Shown: in pieces, positions 1-10,365 of the stretch
Layout of the letters: every line of letters starts with the position of its first letter
How positions within the stretch are numbered: the first letter of the stretch is position 1
Source of the DNA: a virus
Lineage: Duplodnaviria > Caudoviricetes
Direction: 5' to 3' (one strand)
Length of the DNA stretch: 34,921 nt
IMG/VR virus record: IMGVR_UViG_3300017774_006880
Coordinates: 1-34,921 of that record
Translations under genes and position numbers: made by a program
The notes under the pieces: model-generated
Seen by the model: only the letters and a program-made list of their open reading frames with translations
The model's database searches: none
What the model was told of the DNA's origin: nothing

Positions 1-1365
1 GGCTTTGGAGGCGTTGCCAGTGGTCCACAAATTCTATTAGATGGTATAGAAAAAATTAATAAGATCTTCCAATCCAGAGAAGGTAAAAAACTTCGCTCTA
101 TTGATGTACTTGATATCTGCAATATTATTGGTGGGATTGTAGTCTCTGGCAATGTTCGTCGTAGCGCACAAATTGCTATTGGCGATCCAGATGACTACCT
201 ATTTCTTCGCGCCAAAAATTGGTCTTTAGGGAATATTCCAAACTGGCGCGCGATGTCGAATAATACAATTTATGCAGATGACTTTTCTCACATTTCCAAT
301 GAAATCTGGAGTAACGGTTATATTTTAGATTCGGAAACAGGCTTTGCTAAAGGTGAGCCGTATGGATTTTTTAACCTTCCGCTTTCTCAAAAGTATGGCC
401 GTTTGAAAGATGGCTTAATGAAAGATTCGAGTCTATATCCTACAGATGAAGATAATGTCGTTGGAACAAATCCATGTGGAGAGATTAGCCTTGCTTCTTA
501 TGAGTGCTGTAATCTTTCTGAACTTTACTTAAATAATATTACTTCTAAAGAAGAGTTGGTTATTTGTGCTAAACTCCTGTATAAAACGCAAAAAGCTATT
601 GCAGCACTTCCGTTTATTCACGAAGAAACAAATAAAATTGTACATAAAAATATGCGTCTTGGTCTTGGAGTAACTGGCATTTGCCAATCTATTGACAAAA
701 TTGATTGGTTAGACGCTTGCTATAAAGAGCTTCGTAAATTCGATAAAGAGTGGAGTAAAGAGCGCGGATGGAATCGTAGTATTAAGCTAACTACAATTAA
801 ACCTAGTGGTACACTAAGCTTACTAGCTGGTTCGACTCCTGGAGTTCACCCTGCGTATTCTAAGTATTATACTCGTAGGATTAGAATGTCAAGTAATGAT
901 GCATTAGTTTCTTATTGTCGTGACCTTGGCTACTATATTGAATACGCGGTTAACTTCGATGGTTCTGAAAATCATGACACCGTTGTTGTCGAGTTTCCAT
1001 GCGAAACTCCAGACGGAGCATTGTTTGCTGATGATATGGGTGTAGTTCAACAGCTTGAAATGGTTAAAAAATTACAAGAAGTTTGGTCTGATAATGCTGT
1101 TAGTGTTACGGCTTATTATTCTGAAAATGAACTTCAGACTCTTAAACAGTGGCTTTCGGATAACTACGAAACCGGAATTAAATCTGTGAGCTTTTTGCTA
1201 AGACAAAAACATGGATTTAAACAGGCGCCATACGAAGAAATCACGAAAGAATCGTATGAACTTAAAAAGTCTAAAGTTAAACCTTTGGTTGGTATTATTC
1301 AAAATATTGGAAATGAAGCTTTGGAAGGTATTGAATGTGAAAGTGGAGCCTGTCCAATTAAATAA
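1..1365 (+). CDS. nrdJ: Class II adenosylcobalamin-dependent ribonucleotide reductase (monomeric RTPR type), 5' truncated by the window
   Basis: Frame 1 is open from base 1 (GFGGVASGP...VVSGNVRRSAQI). Motifs TNPCGEI, CCNLSEL, LTTIKPSGTLS and a C-terminal redox pair CESGAC. Confidence 0.93.
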   Translation, partial: GFGGVASGPQILLDGIEKINKIFQSREGKKLRSIDVLDICNIIGGIVVSGNVRRSAQIAIGDPDDYLFLRAKNWSLGNIPNWRAMSNNTIYADDFSHISNEIWSNGYILDSETGFAKGEPYGFFNLPLSQKYGRLKDGLMKDSSLYPTDEDNVVGTNPCGEISLASYECCNLSELYLNNITSKEELVICAKLLYKTQKAIAALPFIHEETNKIVHKNMRLGLGVTGICQSIDKIDWLDACYKELRKFDKEWSKERGWNRSIKLTTIKPSGTLSLLAGSTPGVHPAYSKYYTRRIRMSSNDALVSYCRDLGYYIEYAVNFDGSENHDTVVVEFPCETPDGALFADDMGVVQQLEMVKKLQEVWSDNAVSVTAYYSENELQTLKQWLSDNYETGIKSVSFLLRQKHGFKQAPYEEITKESYELKKSKVKPLVGIIQNIGNEALEGIECESGACPIK

Positions 1366-1793
1366 TGAAAAATAAAGACATTCATAAAGAAGCAAGAGAT
1401 TCGATGGACTCAACTTTAGAAAATAAATTCATGACCAACTTACAGTGGTCGATGTTATTTTTTTGCTTTGATAATATATCTGAAATAATAAATGAAGATA
1501 ATGAATTTAAAAAAAAACATGTTCAAAAAGAGTTTATAAAAAATTGGAAACACTTTGCACATAATAGCATTACAAAATCAGATTTAAAAATAATTAATGA
1601 TATATTGAACTCTCCTAAAAATATTTTTTATTCAGCACTACAAAATAAGGACGAAGTAAGTGAAAGTACAGAAATTTATCAAGAAAAATACAACAATATT
1701 TTAAATAAAATTGAAAAATTCTTTTTAGAGGCCCTAAAAACTCAAGAAAAATTTGATACCCCTGAAGAGGACGACGATAATGATTATGTCTAA
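1365..1793 (+). CDS. Hypothetical protein with acidic C-terminus
   Basis: 142 aa ORF coupled to nrdJ by a TAATG overlap. No recognisable motif. Confidence 0.7.
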   Translation: MKNKDIHKEARDSMDSTLENKFMTNLQWSMLFFCFDNISEIINEDNEFKKKHVQKEFIKNWKHFAHNSITKSDLKIINDILNSPKNIFYSALQNKDEVSESTEIYQEKYNNILNKIEKFFLEALKTQEKFDTPEEDDDNDYV

Positions 1794-2832
1794 AAAAGTT
1801 ATAATTACTGGTGTAACTGGTCAAGATGGCAGTTATATGGCAGATCTTTTATTAGAAAAAACTGATTACGAAATTTACGGTATGGTTAGAAGAACCTCTA
1901 CTAAAAACTATAAAAATATAGACCATTTATTAAATAACCCCAGATTTAAAACTGTAACTGGCGATTTATCTGATTCACAATCTATTGATAATTTAATAAG
2001 AGAAATAAAACCAGATTATTTTATTAATTTAGCTGCACAAAGTTTTGTTGGATCGTCTTGGCAAATACCAGAACAAACGTTTGATATTGATGCTATTGGC
2101 GTAATAAGGTGTTTAGAAAGTATTCGTAAACACGTACCCAATTGCCGTTTTTATAATGCGGGTTCTTCTGAAGAACTTGGAAATGTAGATTATAGCCCAC
2201 AAGATGAAAACCACCCTTTGAAACCAAGAAGTCCTTATGGTGCAGCAAAAGCTGCCGCAAGACATATTGTAAAAGTTTATCGTGAAAGTTATAATCTTTT
2301 TGCTATTCAAGGGTTATTATATAATCATGAAAGCGAACGTCGTGGAGAAGAATTCGTAACTAGAAAAATTACAAAAAATATTGCAAGAATTCAAAAAGCT
2401 TTAAATAATAATGAAAAATTCGAGCCACTAGAATTGGGAAATATTGATGCAAAAAGAGATTGGAGTCACGCCAAAGATTTTGTTCGTGGAATCTGGATAA
2501 TGCTAAATCAATCCGAACCAAAAGAATACCTTCTTTCTTCTGGAGAAACGCATACGGTTAGAGAATTTATAGAAAAAGCATTTAAAATAGCTGGTATTTC
2601 CGGTGAATGGGTCGGGAAGGATATTACAGAACAGTATATTCTTAAAAAGACTTTGAATTCTATTTATTATGATAATCAGATTTTAGTTAAAATAAATCAG
2701 AAATTTTATAGGCCAGCAGAAGTCGATCTTTTGCTTGGGGATTCTAATAAAGCTCACAAAGAATTGAATTGGAAACTTGATATATCGTTTGATTCCTTAA
2801 TTAAGATTATGGTTGAAAATGATTTAAAATAG
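1786..2832 (+). CDS. gmd: GDP-mannose 4,6-dehydratase
   Basis: ITGVTGQDGSY, NLAAQSFV, PRSPYGAAK, NHESERRGEEFVTRKI, KRDWSHAKD, YRPAEVDLLLGD. Start is ATG 1786 (or 1780), not TTG 1753. Confidence 0.95.
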   Translation: MSKKVIITGVTGQDGSYMADLLLEKTDYEIYGMVRRTSTKNYKNIDHLLNNPRFKTVTGDLSDSQSIDNLIREIKPDYFINLAAQSFVGSSWQIPEQTFDIDAIGVIRCLESIRKHVPNCRFYNAGSSEELGNVDYSPQDENHPLKPRSPYGAAKAAARHIVKVYRESYNLFAIQGLLYNHESERRGEEFVTRKITKNIARIQKALNNNEKFEPLELGNIDAKRDWSHAKDFVRGIWIMLNQSEPKEYLLSSGETHTVREFIEKAFKIAGISGEWVGKDITEQYILKKTLNSIYYDNQILVKINQKFYRPAEVDLLLGDSNKAHKELNWKLDISFDSLIKIMVENDLK

Positions 2833-2837
2833 TGTAA
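2832..2837 (+). promoter_or_regulatory. GTGTAA motif 9 nt before the ATG at 2847 (candidate phage-specific promoter)
   Basis: TAGTGTAATCATTAATTATG. The same motif occurs at similar spacing at 30791 (+) and 26797-26802 (-). Confidence 0.5.
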
Positions 2838-2846
2838 TCATTAATT

Positions 2847-3050
2847 ATGAACATTGAGGAATTAAACACAGATTCTTTAAATTTTAATACCTGTAAATTT
2901 CGATCAAATGAAAAAATTGATAGGCTAGTGAAAAGGTGTTCTTGCCAAGGTGGCAATTATACTATATCAGCCTATTTTTGTAACGAAAGGCAAATATTCG
3001 ATGTCAACCCAGAAATTTGTAAAGAATGCCCCATTTACGAATCTAAATAA
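2847..3050 (+). CDS. Small Cys-rich protein, possibly metal-binding
   Basis: 67 aa with six Cys (C..CSC..C..CKEC). Preceded by the GTGTAA motif. Confidence 0.6.
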   Translation: MNIEELNTDSLNFNTCKFRSNEKIDRLVKRCSCQGGNYTISAYFCNERQIFDVNPEICKECPIYESK

Positions 3051-3387
3051 AAAAGAATTCATTAAAGGTCTTATAAAAGAAGGCTCAACAATAGTCTGGC
3101 CAAAAGAAATGAAAATGGCCAAGACTCTATTACAAATTTTTCCAAACGAAAACTTTTGGAATAGTTTAAAATTAAATTTTAAATTAAATAGCCTATGTTG
3201 GTTATTATCGGATGATGGTCGTAAATTGTTAAATACAGAGTATAAAAAATTTAACCTTAATCTACCAGAAGCAAAAACTTTTGAAGTAGAAAATAATAAT
3301 ATTGCATTCGAAAACAAATCGTCATATGATCTAGATAAGGCTCTCAATCTAAGAGAGTTCTTAAACTTATGGCAAAAGAAACTCTAG
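3001..3387 (+). CDS. Hypothetical protein
   Basis: ATG at 3001 (MSTQKF...). Fills the gap before recA and overlaps both neighbours. Start is uncertain. Confidence 0.65.
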   Translation: MSTQKFVKNAPFTNLNKKEFIKGLIKEGSTIVWPKEMKMAKTLLQIFPNENFWNSLKLNFKLNSLCWLLSDDGRKLLNTEYKKFNLNLPEAKTFEVENNNIAFENKSSYDLDKALNLREFLNLWQKKL

Positions 3388-4460
3388 GCGGAAAAAGCAT
3401 ACTATCCTCACATTTAAAGGATAATAAAGATAGTCATTATAATTTTGAAGATGAAAAAATTTTCCATATTTCTACAGGATCTTTACTTTTAGATTCGGAA
3501 CTCAGCGGATCATTAGAAGTCCCAGCGATTGTTCGTTTTACTGGCGTAAGTGGCGGTGGGAAAACAAGTGCTGCACTTCTTATAATGAACAATTTTCTTA
3601 AAACTGTTCCAAATTCTAAAGGCTTCTTGGTTAAAGCTGAAGGACGTTTAAACTCTAATGTTAAAAGAGTTTCTGGAGTTGAATTTGTTCATGATCCAGA
3701 AGAGTGGGATAACGGAAAATGTTTTGTGTTGCGTTCGAATGTATATGAGAATATTGCAACTTTGATTCTAGAGTTAATTAAAAATAATCCAGAAAATACT
3801 CGATACTATTTTCTTATTGATAGTATGGATGCATTGATTTCTAAAACTGATTTAAGTAAAGGTTTCGATGATAGCGCTAAAGTTGCAGCTGGAGCGGTTT
3901 TAACTTCGAACTTTCTTCGTCGAATCATGTTGCCACTTTCTACCTTTGGGCATATCTGTGGGCTTATATCACAGGTTCGGTCCAATGTTCAAATTAATCC
4001 TTATGCGAAAGGAGACCCCAAATTAACTAATAGTTCTGGAGGCAATGCATTACAACATTACGCAGACTGGATTTTTGAATTTCAACCTAGATATAAATCA
4101 GATCAAATCCTTGAAGATGGTAAAATTATTGGACATTGGTCAAAAATTTTGCTTAGAAAAACTACTAATGAAAAAGACGGTGTAGAGGTAACTTATCCTA
4201 TTAAGCATGGTAGGAGCGATGGTAAAAGTATTTGGACAGAATATGAAATTGCTGACATGCTCATTCAGTGGGGTTTTGCTAAAAAAAGCGGCGCTTGGAT
4301 TGCTTTCGATTCAGGTTTGATCAAAAACATTAAAGACGATATTAAAAAAGACTTTCCAGAAAAAATTCAAGGTATGGATCAACTTAGAACATTTCTAGAA
4401 GAAAATCAAGAAATATGTACTTACTTATTCGATAAGTTCAAAAGTATACTATCTAAATAA
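3369..4460 (+). CDS. recA: RecA/UvsX-like recombinase
   Basis: STGSLLLD, Walker A GVSGGGKT, Walker B LIDS, ISQVR, SGGNALQHYA, C-terminal KKSGAW. Confidence 0.9.
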   Translation: MAKETLGGKSILSSHLKDNKDSHYNFEDEKIFHISTGSLLLDSELSGSLEVPAIVRFTGVSGGGKTSAALLIMNNFLKTVPNSKGFLVKAEGRLNSNVKRVSGVEFVHDPEEWDNGKCFVLRSNVYENIATLILELIKNNPENTRYYFLIDSMDALISKTDLSKGFDDSAKVAAGAVLTSNFLRRIMLPLSTFGHICGLISQVRSNVQINPYAKGDPKLTNSSGGNALQHYADWIFEFQPRYKSDQILEDGKIIGHWSKILLRKTTNEKDGVEVTYPIKHGRSDGKSIWTEYEIADMLIQWGFAKKSGAWIAFDSGLIKNIKDDIKKDFPEKIQGMDQLRTFLEENQEICTYLFDKFKSILSK

Positions 4461-5374
4461 TGGATAAATTAGTTAATATCGGTGGGCATGGTTTAGGCGA
4501 TTGTCTTTTATCGTTACAAATTTCCCACCTTCTTGAAGAGCGGAATATCGAACACATAAATTTAATTTCAACAAGAAATGAAGTTTTTGAACCTTTAAAT
4601 TATATTTTTGGAAAAGAATTCGACTTAATCCAAATTGATGAAAAATATGCAAATAATAACGCACTTATTAAGAATGATTCCGTATTGAATGAAATTATAA
4701 ATAACTACGATTCTTCAAATATTACATACAACGTGCCAGATTTATTATTTTTAAATAAATTAGCTTTTAATTACTCTCAATATAATCTATCACCGCAATT
4801 AATTAAAAAAACTAGAACTTTAACAAACTCAAATATTAAGAGGGAAAACATAATATATTGTGGACTCTGTAGCTCAACGGAGGGTTATGTTTATAACAAT
4901 ATACCACTTCTGCTATTAAGACTTGCTGAATTTTTACCAAATTATCAAATATATTTTCCATTAATTAATAAATGGGATAAAGAAATTAACAATTTAGGAA
5001 ATTTTGAAATCCCCTTTCCAAAAAATGTATTTATAGACAAGAATCCATCTTTTAGTGATTCACTTAAATGGTTAGAAAAAAGCCGCTACGGTATTTTTAC
5101 ATGTAACGGTCCTAGTCATATAGCCTATCATCTTGGCATACCTAGACTTGTTTTAGACCCACAATTTTATAGAATTCCATGGATGGCGCGCTGGAAAGAA
5201 GACTATGAAGATTGTATTCCGATTACAACAGAATACAATGAGATATGTAGGTTAGTATATCATAATATTACAACACCACAAACTAAAATGATAGATAGTA
5301 AAATCATTTTAGAAATGGTCAAAAATAATAATGATTATAATTGGGCACAATCCTTACTTTTTAAAAATGAATAA
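4460..5374 (+). CDS. GT9-like (heptosyltransferase-fold) glycosyltransferase
   Basis: N-terminal GLGDCLL and C-terminal TCNGPSHIAYHLGIP, matching the GT9 (D/N)SGPxHxAxxLGxP motif. Confidence 0.65.
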   Translation: MDKLVNIGGHGLGDCLLSLQISHLLEERNIEHINLISTRNEVFEPLNYIFGKEFDLIQIDEKYANNNALIKNDSVLNEIINNYDSSNITYNVPDLLFLNKLAFNYSQYNLSPQLIKKTRTLTNSNIKRENIIYCGLCSSTEGYVYNNIPLLLLRLAEFLPNYQIYFPLINKWDKEINNLGNFEIPFPKNVFIDKNPSFSDSLKWLEKSRYGIFTCNGPSHIAYHLGIPRLVLDPQFYRIPWMARWKEDYEDCIPITTEYNEICRLVYHNITTPQTKMIDSKIILEMVKNNNDYNWAQSLLFKNE

Positions 5375-6320
5375 AATTCTTATTATTGGCGGCTGTGGAT
5401 ACATTGGTAGTAGATTATTTAATTATCTAAATAATAAAAATTTAGATGTTAGTTCTGTAGATTTAGAACTATTTGGAAATCCAGGGACGCCGAATCTTAA
5501 AGAGAACTATAATAATTTGACTGAAGACTATTTATCACAATTCTCTGATATTATTTTATTAGCTGGACATTCAAGTGTAAAAATGTGCGAAGATAATTTG
5601 ATTGGATGTTTTAAAAATAACGTGGAATATTTTGTCCAATTATTAACTAAAATTAAAGATAATCAAAAATTTATATACGCTAGTAGTTCAAGTGTTTATG
5701 GAAATGTAAATCGTAATATCGTAAATGAAAATTGTGAGGAATATGTTGCTGGTAGTTTTTATGACTTATCCAAGGCTGAAATAGACCATTATGCCAAAAT
5801 TTTTGATAAAGTAAATTACTACGGTTTACGGTTTGGAACTGTAAATGGTTATTCTGAGAATATTCGGACGGATATAATGATTAATGCAATGGTCAATTCT
5901 ATTTTAGAAACAAATACAGTAAAAGTTTTTAATCCAATGGTCCGAAGACCCATTCTATGGATTCATGATTTATGTAGGGCCGTAGAGAAAATTATTATTA
6001 ACGGAGATTTTTCGAAACGTGGTTTATATAATTTAGCATCGTTTAACTCTACTGTTGATATTATTGGTCGCAAAGTTTCTAATATTTTTGATGGTAGTCA
6101 ATTACAAATCATTGAAAACGAGCCAACAAAAGAAGAGTTAGAATTAAATAAAAAATTACATTCAAAAGTTTATGATTTTGCCATATCATCAGATAAATTT
6201 ATTAATGTATTGGACTTTCAATTTGAAGGAACTATTGATATAATAGCCAAAGAGCTAAAAGACAATTTTACAAAATCTATATTAAAAGGCCCAAGAAATG
6301 AAAAAAATATAATTATATGA
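5367..6320 (+). CDS. NAD-dependent nucleotide-sugar epimerase/dehydratase/reductase (extended SDR)
   Basis: GGCGYIGS Rossmann motif, ASSSSVYG, catalytic YDLSK, LRFGTVNG. Start is ATG 5367. Confidence 0.88.
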   Translation: MNKILIIGGCGYIGSRLFNYLNNKNLDVSSVDLELFGNPGTPNLKENYNNLTEDYLSQFSDIILLAGHSSVKMCEDNLIGCFKNNVEYFVQLLTKIKDNQKFIYASSSSVYGNVNRNIVNENCEEYVAGSFYDLSKAEIDHYAKIFDKVNYYGLRFGTVNGYSENIRTDIMINAMVNSILETNTVKVFNPMVRRPILWIHDLCRAVEKIIINGDFSKRGLYNLASFNSTVDIIGRKVSNIFDGSQLQIIENEPTKEELELNKKLHSKVYDFAISSDKFINVLDFQFEGTIDIIAKELKDNFTKSILKGPRNEKNIII

Positions 6321-7099
6321 AAATTGGAATTTCTACTATTGGTTACGAATCAAAAGACTTAATTAGTAAATGTTTTAATTCTTGGAATAAGATCAAACAA
6401 GATAAGACATTAATACCCGAGATTACAGATTTAAAAATCTGTTTTAGTCATGGATGCTTTGAAGAAACTGCAAATTTGGGGTTTCCAATTTATTCAACAG
6501 ATGGAAGCTGTGAACTTCTGGAAGAACAAAAACATAAAGGTGTTATAGATGATTTAATTATTTACGACACTCCACAAAAAGAATATGATATGTGGACTAA
6601 GAATTTCTTAAAATTAAAAGAAAATTATAATATTGATATCCTTATTATGGTGAATGTCGATGAAATTTGGGACGTAGATGAAATTAAAAACTTAATTAAA
6701 TTTATCAGTGAAAACGATCTTGTTGATTTCTTTAAAATCAATTTTAAAAATTACTGTATAGATTATAATACATGGGTAGACGATTTTATCGTACCAAGAG
6801 TTTGGTTTGTAAATAAAAATAATGGGTTAAAAGGATTCTATAAAGATGACTTAGTAGAATATAATGACGGTAAAAAAGATTTCGAAAAATCTAATGTGAC
6901 GGTTCCTAAGAATTTGCTTTTCCCAAAACACTATAGTTGGGTTGGATCTAAAGAGTATTTACAAAGGAAACTAAAATTCCAAGCTTTAAGATATGGAACT
7001 TGTTCGTATACATGGAGTGAAACTAATAATAAATTAGAATTAAATGAAGATTTTTATTTGAAATTTGGTGTCACAAAACCTATACTGAATAAGGATTAA
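6317..7099 (+). CDS. GT-A/GT2-like glycosyltransferase
   Basis: MKIGISTI N-terminal strand, STDGS, NVDE (degenerate DxDE), HYSWV...K. Confidence 0.6.
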   Translation: MKIGISTIGYESKDLISKCFNSWNKIKQDKTLIPEITDLKICFSHGCFEETANLGFPIYSTDGSCELLEEQKHKGVIDDLIIYDTPQKEYDMWTKNFLKLKENYNIDILIMVNVDEIWDVDEIKNLIKFISENDLVDFFKINFKNYCIDYNTWVDDFIVPRVWFVNKNNGLKGFYKDDLVEYNDGKKDFEKSNVTVPKNLLFPKHYSWVGSKEYLQRKLKFQALRYGTCSYTWSETNNKLELNEDFYLKFGVTKPILNKD

Positions 7100-7101
7100 T
7101 T

Positions 7102-8337
7102 ATGAGTGATATCGAAAATATTACAAATTGTAGACTTTGTAAAAATCAAAATTTAAAAATAGTTTTACAATTTGGAGAAGTTGCTTTAGCTAATTCTTAT
7201 CCAGTAACTCAAGATGAAATAGAAGATTTTTTCCCATTGACTTTAGTTAAATGCTCTGATTGTGGACATATACAATTAAAAGAAACAATTAATCCTAGCA
7301 AGTTATTTGCTAACTATTTATATTCAAGTTCAGACTCTCCATCGTTGCTTAAACATTTTGCAGAATATGCCCAAGATATTAAAACTAGATTTGATGACAA
7401 CACTTGTCCTACAATCATAGACATCGGGTCAAATGATGGAATCCTTCTTAAAGAGTTTGAGAATATTAATTTCGGAAAACTTATTGGAGTTGACCCCGCT
7501 GAAAACATTTCGGAAAGAGCGAAGTCTATTAAAAATGCGACTATCATTGTCGATTTCTTTAATACAGAAAGTTCTCAAAAAATTAAAGACCAATTTGGTC
7601 CAATTAATATTATTTGCGCTAACAATGTATTTGCACATGTAGATAGAGTGGACAGCATGATTGAAGGGATAGTTAACATCATGGATAATGAGGGCGTATT
7701 TGTGTTTGAAAACGCATATCTTTTAGACACAATTAAAGGATTATATTTTGATCAAGCTTACCATGAACATCTTCAATACTATGGTATTATTCCGTTAGTT
7801 CAGTACTTAAATAAATATGGTATAGAAATTTTTGATATTAAAAGAGTAAATACTCAAGGTGGGTCATTTAGAATTTTTACCAAGAAGATTTCCAGCAATA
7901 AACATAAGATAACAGAAAATGTTCAATTATTCATAGATAAAGAAAATAAATTTAATTTATATTCAGATGAGACTTATGTTGACTTTGTAGATAAATTAAA
8001 TACATTAAAAACTGATTTACAAGCTTTAATTAAAACTACAATAGCGGAAAACAAGACAATATCTTGCTATGGATGTCCTGCCAAATTCGCATTGTTTAGT
8101 AAGTTCTTTGAATTGAATAGTGATATTATTAAATATGTTGTAGATGATTCTCCCTTAAAGCAAGGAAGATTTTCTCCAGGAAAAAAGATTCCGATAGTAA
8201 GTAGAAATTATTTTTACGAGAACCCAACTGATTATTGTATAGTTTCTGTTTGGAATATGGCAGATTCAATTATCAATAATAATAAAGATTATAAGGGCAA
8301 ATTTATTATTCCAATGCCAGAGCTAAAAATTATATAA
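7102..8337 (+). CDS. NDP-sugar C-methyltransferase (TcaB9-like: Zn domain, SAM domain, C-terminal domain)
   Basis: CRLC...CSDC, IDIGSNDG, ANNVFAH, FDQAYHEH, YGCPAK, VDDSPLKQGRFSPG, FIIPMP. Confidence 0.88.
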   Translation: MSDIENITNCRLCKNQNLKIVLQFGEVALANSYPVTQDEIEDFFPLTLVKCSDCGHIQLKETINPSKLFANYLYSSSDSPSLLKHFAEYAQDIKTRFDDNTCPTIIDIGSNDGILLKEFENINFGKLIGVDPAENISERAKSIKNATIIVDFFNTESSQKIKDQFGPINIICANNVFAHVDRVDSMIEGIVNIMDNEGVFVFENAYLLDTIKGLYFDQAYHEHLQYYGIIPLVQYLNKYGIEIFDIKRVNTQGGSFRIFTKKISSNKHKITENVQLFIDKENKFNLYSDETYVDFVDKLNTLKTDLQALIKTTIAENKTISCYGCPAKFALFSKFFELNSDIIKYVVDDSPLKQGRFSPGKKIPIVSRNYFYENPTDYCIVSVWNMADSIINNNKDYKGKFIIPMPELKII

Positions 8338-8696
8338 TGAAAATCAATCTAAAAGTCGATATCGCATATGCTATAGACTTCTTGTCTATTCTGGAGGTTA
8401 AATTAAATAAATTAAACGATAAAGTTTCTTTAAGTAATTTTAACGATCAAAAGAAATTTTTGTCTAATCAAATTGATTTTTGCCTATTTGAACAAATTTT
8501 AAACTCTCAAGAGTATAAAGAGCTATACGAAACAAATAAAATAATATGGGAATCTATAGATTTAATCAAAACTGGCAACATTACTGCTAAACATATAGAC
8601 GACTTGAACTACCAAAGATGGATATTAAAAAATAAATTACAATCAAAATTTTTTAATCACACAACATCTGAACAAAAAACAGAAAGAAAAGATTAA
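8337..8696 (+). CDS. Small helical protein, DUF6165-like
   Basis: IDFLSILEVK...LYETNKIIW...NYQRWILK pattern, recalled from a family found near glycosyltransferase genes. Confidence 0.55.
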   Translation: MKINLKVDIAYAIDFLSILEVKLNKLNDKVSLSNFNDQKKFLSNQIDFCLFEQILNSQEYKELYETNKIIWESIDLIKTGNITAKHIDDLNYQRWILKNKLQSKFFNHTTSEQKTERKD

Positions 8697-8697
8697 T

Positions 8698-9498
8698 ATG
8701 CAACCGTTGTTTGATATTCGACATTTTTATGACAAAAAAATTGGCATTCTTGGATTAAATAATGGACATCACCATATTGGAGATAGTATAGTTTATTCAT
8801 CATTTCCAGAAAATTTTTATCTTAATTTTAAAAATAAAGTTATTGATTTAGATAAATACTGGATTTTCGATAACAATCCATATGTACAAAGAGATGTCCA
8901 ACCAGATATAATAATCAATCTTCCAGAAGAAGTTCATTCTTATGGACCAAATATGGTTTTTGAGAACATTGTATGTAGAAGCAATTTTTTTGGAAGATAT
9001 AAACTCGACATACATTTAACTAAGCCTAATTTGTATCTACATCAAAATGTGCAAAAAGATGAAAAATCCATATGTATTCATTTACAAGGAAAATCATTTA
9101 ATTTCAATATACCAAATGAGATAATTAATTATATTTGCAATAAATATAAAGATTATAAAATATATCAAATCGGAGGATTATCAGATAAAGAAATTCCTGG
9201 CACTATAAATAAAAAAGGATTAAGCATAAATGATACTGCAGAATTAATTGCTAAAAGTGAAATATTTATTGGAATTAATAGTAGCATGATGCATTTAGCT
9301 AATTGCTATCCAAACGTAATCAAAAAGATTATTATTCAACCTTCAATTTCACAAGAATCATTATCAATAGGGCAAATAAGAATTCCAGAAAATTTAAAAT
9401 GTTATGCCGAAGGATTTATTTGGCTTTATTTAGACAATGAGCATTATAATCTATATGATAAGGATATAGGAATAACAAAAACTTATTTAAATATATGA
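8698..9498 (+). CDS. GT9-like glycosyltransferase
   Basis: HIGDSIV, YQIGG, and ELIAKSEIFIGINSSMMHLA (GT9 C-terminal motif). Confidence 0.7.
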   Translation: MQPLFDIRHFYDKKIGILGLNNGHHHIGDSIVYSSFPENFYLNFKNKVIDLDKYWIFDNNPYVQRDVQPDIIINLPEEVHSYGPNMVFENIVCRSNFFGRYKLDIHLTKPNLYLHQNVQKDEKSICIHLQGKSFNFNIPNEIINYICNKYKDYKIYQIGGLSDKEIPGTINKKGLSINDTAELIAKSEIFIGINSSMMHLANCYPNVIKKIIIQPSISQESLSIGQIRIPENLKCYAEGFIWLYLDNEHYNLYDKDIGITKTYLNI

Positions 9499-10364
9499 TC
9501 AACTCTCTATACATAATATATACTCATAATCGTCAAAACATCTTGAAGGAGTGTTTAGAGACGTTATTTAAGAACAATGAAACCAAACCAGATAGAGTAT
9601 TGGTTATAGATGATGGATCTCAGCCGCAACTTAAAGAGGACTTGTTTCATATCACTTTGAATGACTCGATCAATTCAAAAGCGACAACTATAGATTTTTT
9701 ATCTTTGAATAAGAATCTTGGATATGGAAATACTGGCGAATTAGGCATAAGAATGGCAATAGCCTATGATCCAAAATATGTATTTTTTATTGAAAGTGAT
9801 TACATTTTTGGTAAGAATGGATTAGATTTAGTTTTTGATATATTTGAAAACAATGAATATGGACAAAATTGTTTAGCGTTTAGTGGTTATGATAATCCAG
9901 ATTTTTACGTAGAAGAGAAAACAGGAAAAATATTTAGAGAAATCATAGTAAATGATTGTGGCGAAGATAATTTGAATAGAGATATCATGTACAAACCATT
10001 TGACATTGAAACAAAGTATGGGAAAAAACAATTAGAATTAGTATCTAATTCATGTGGTACAATGTACTTCAATTGGGCTAAAATGAAACAAATTAGAAAT
10101 CAATTTCCAATAGAATTTGAAAAATGGATAAATGTTGTAACAGATAAACATAAACAAAAAAGGCTCTTGAACGACGGAATGATGAGTCATGGAGCATCTT
10201 GGCTATGGACCAAATGGGCTCAAAAGAATAATATAGATACAAATAAATATGCTGCTCTTCTAAATGTTAAACCAAGTGTTGCAAATCATATTAATGGGGC
10301 AGGTATTAATGGATATATTGTTGGAGAAGGACAATCATTTGTTGGTAGCCCATCTTGGAAGTAA
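9495..10364 (+). CDS. GT2 family glycosyltransferase
   Basis: IYTHNRQNILKECL, VIDDGS, NLGY, FIESD. Confidence 0.8.
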   Translation: MINSLYIIYTHNRQNILKECLETLFKNNETKPDRVLVIDDGSQPQLKEDLFHITLNDSINSKATTIDFLSLNKNLGYGNTGELGIRMAIAYDPKYVFFIESDYIFGKNGLDLVFDIFENNEYGQNCLAFSGYDNPDFYVEEKTGKIFREIIVNDCGEDNLNRDIMYKPFDIETKYGKKQLELVSNSCGTMYFNWAKMKQIRNQFPIEFEKWINVVTDKHKQKRLLNDGMMSHGASWLWTKWAQKNNIDTNKYAALLNVKPSVANHINGAGINGYIVGEGQSFVGSPSWK

Positions 10365-10365
10365 A

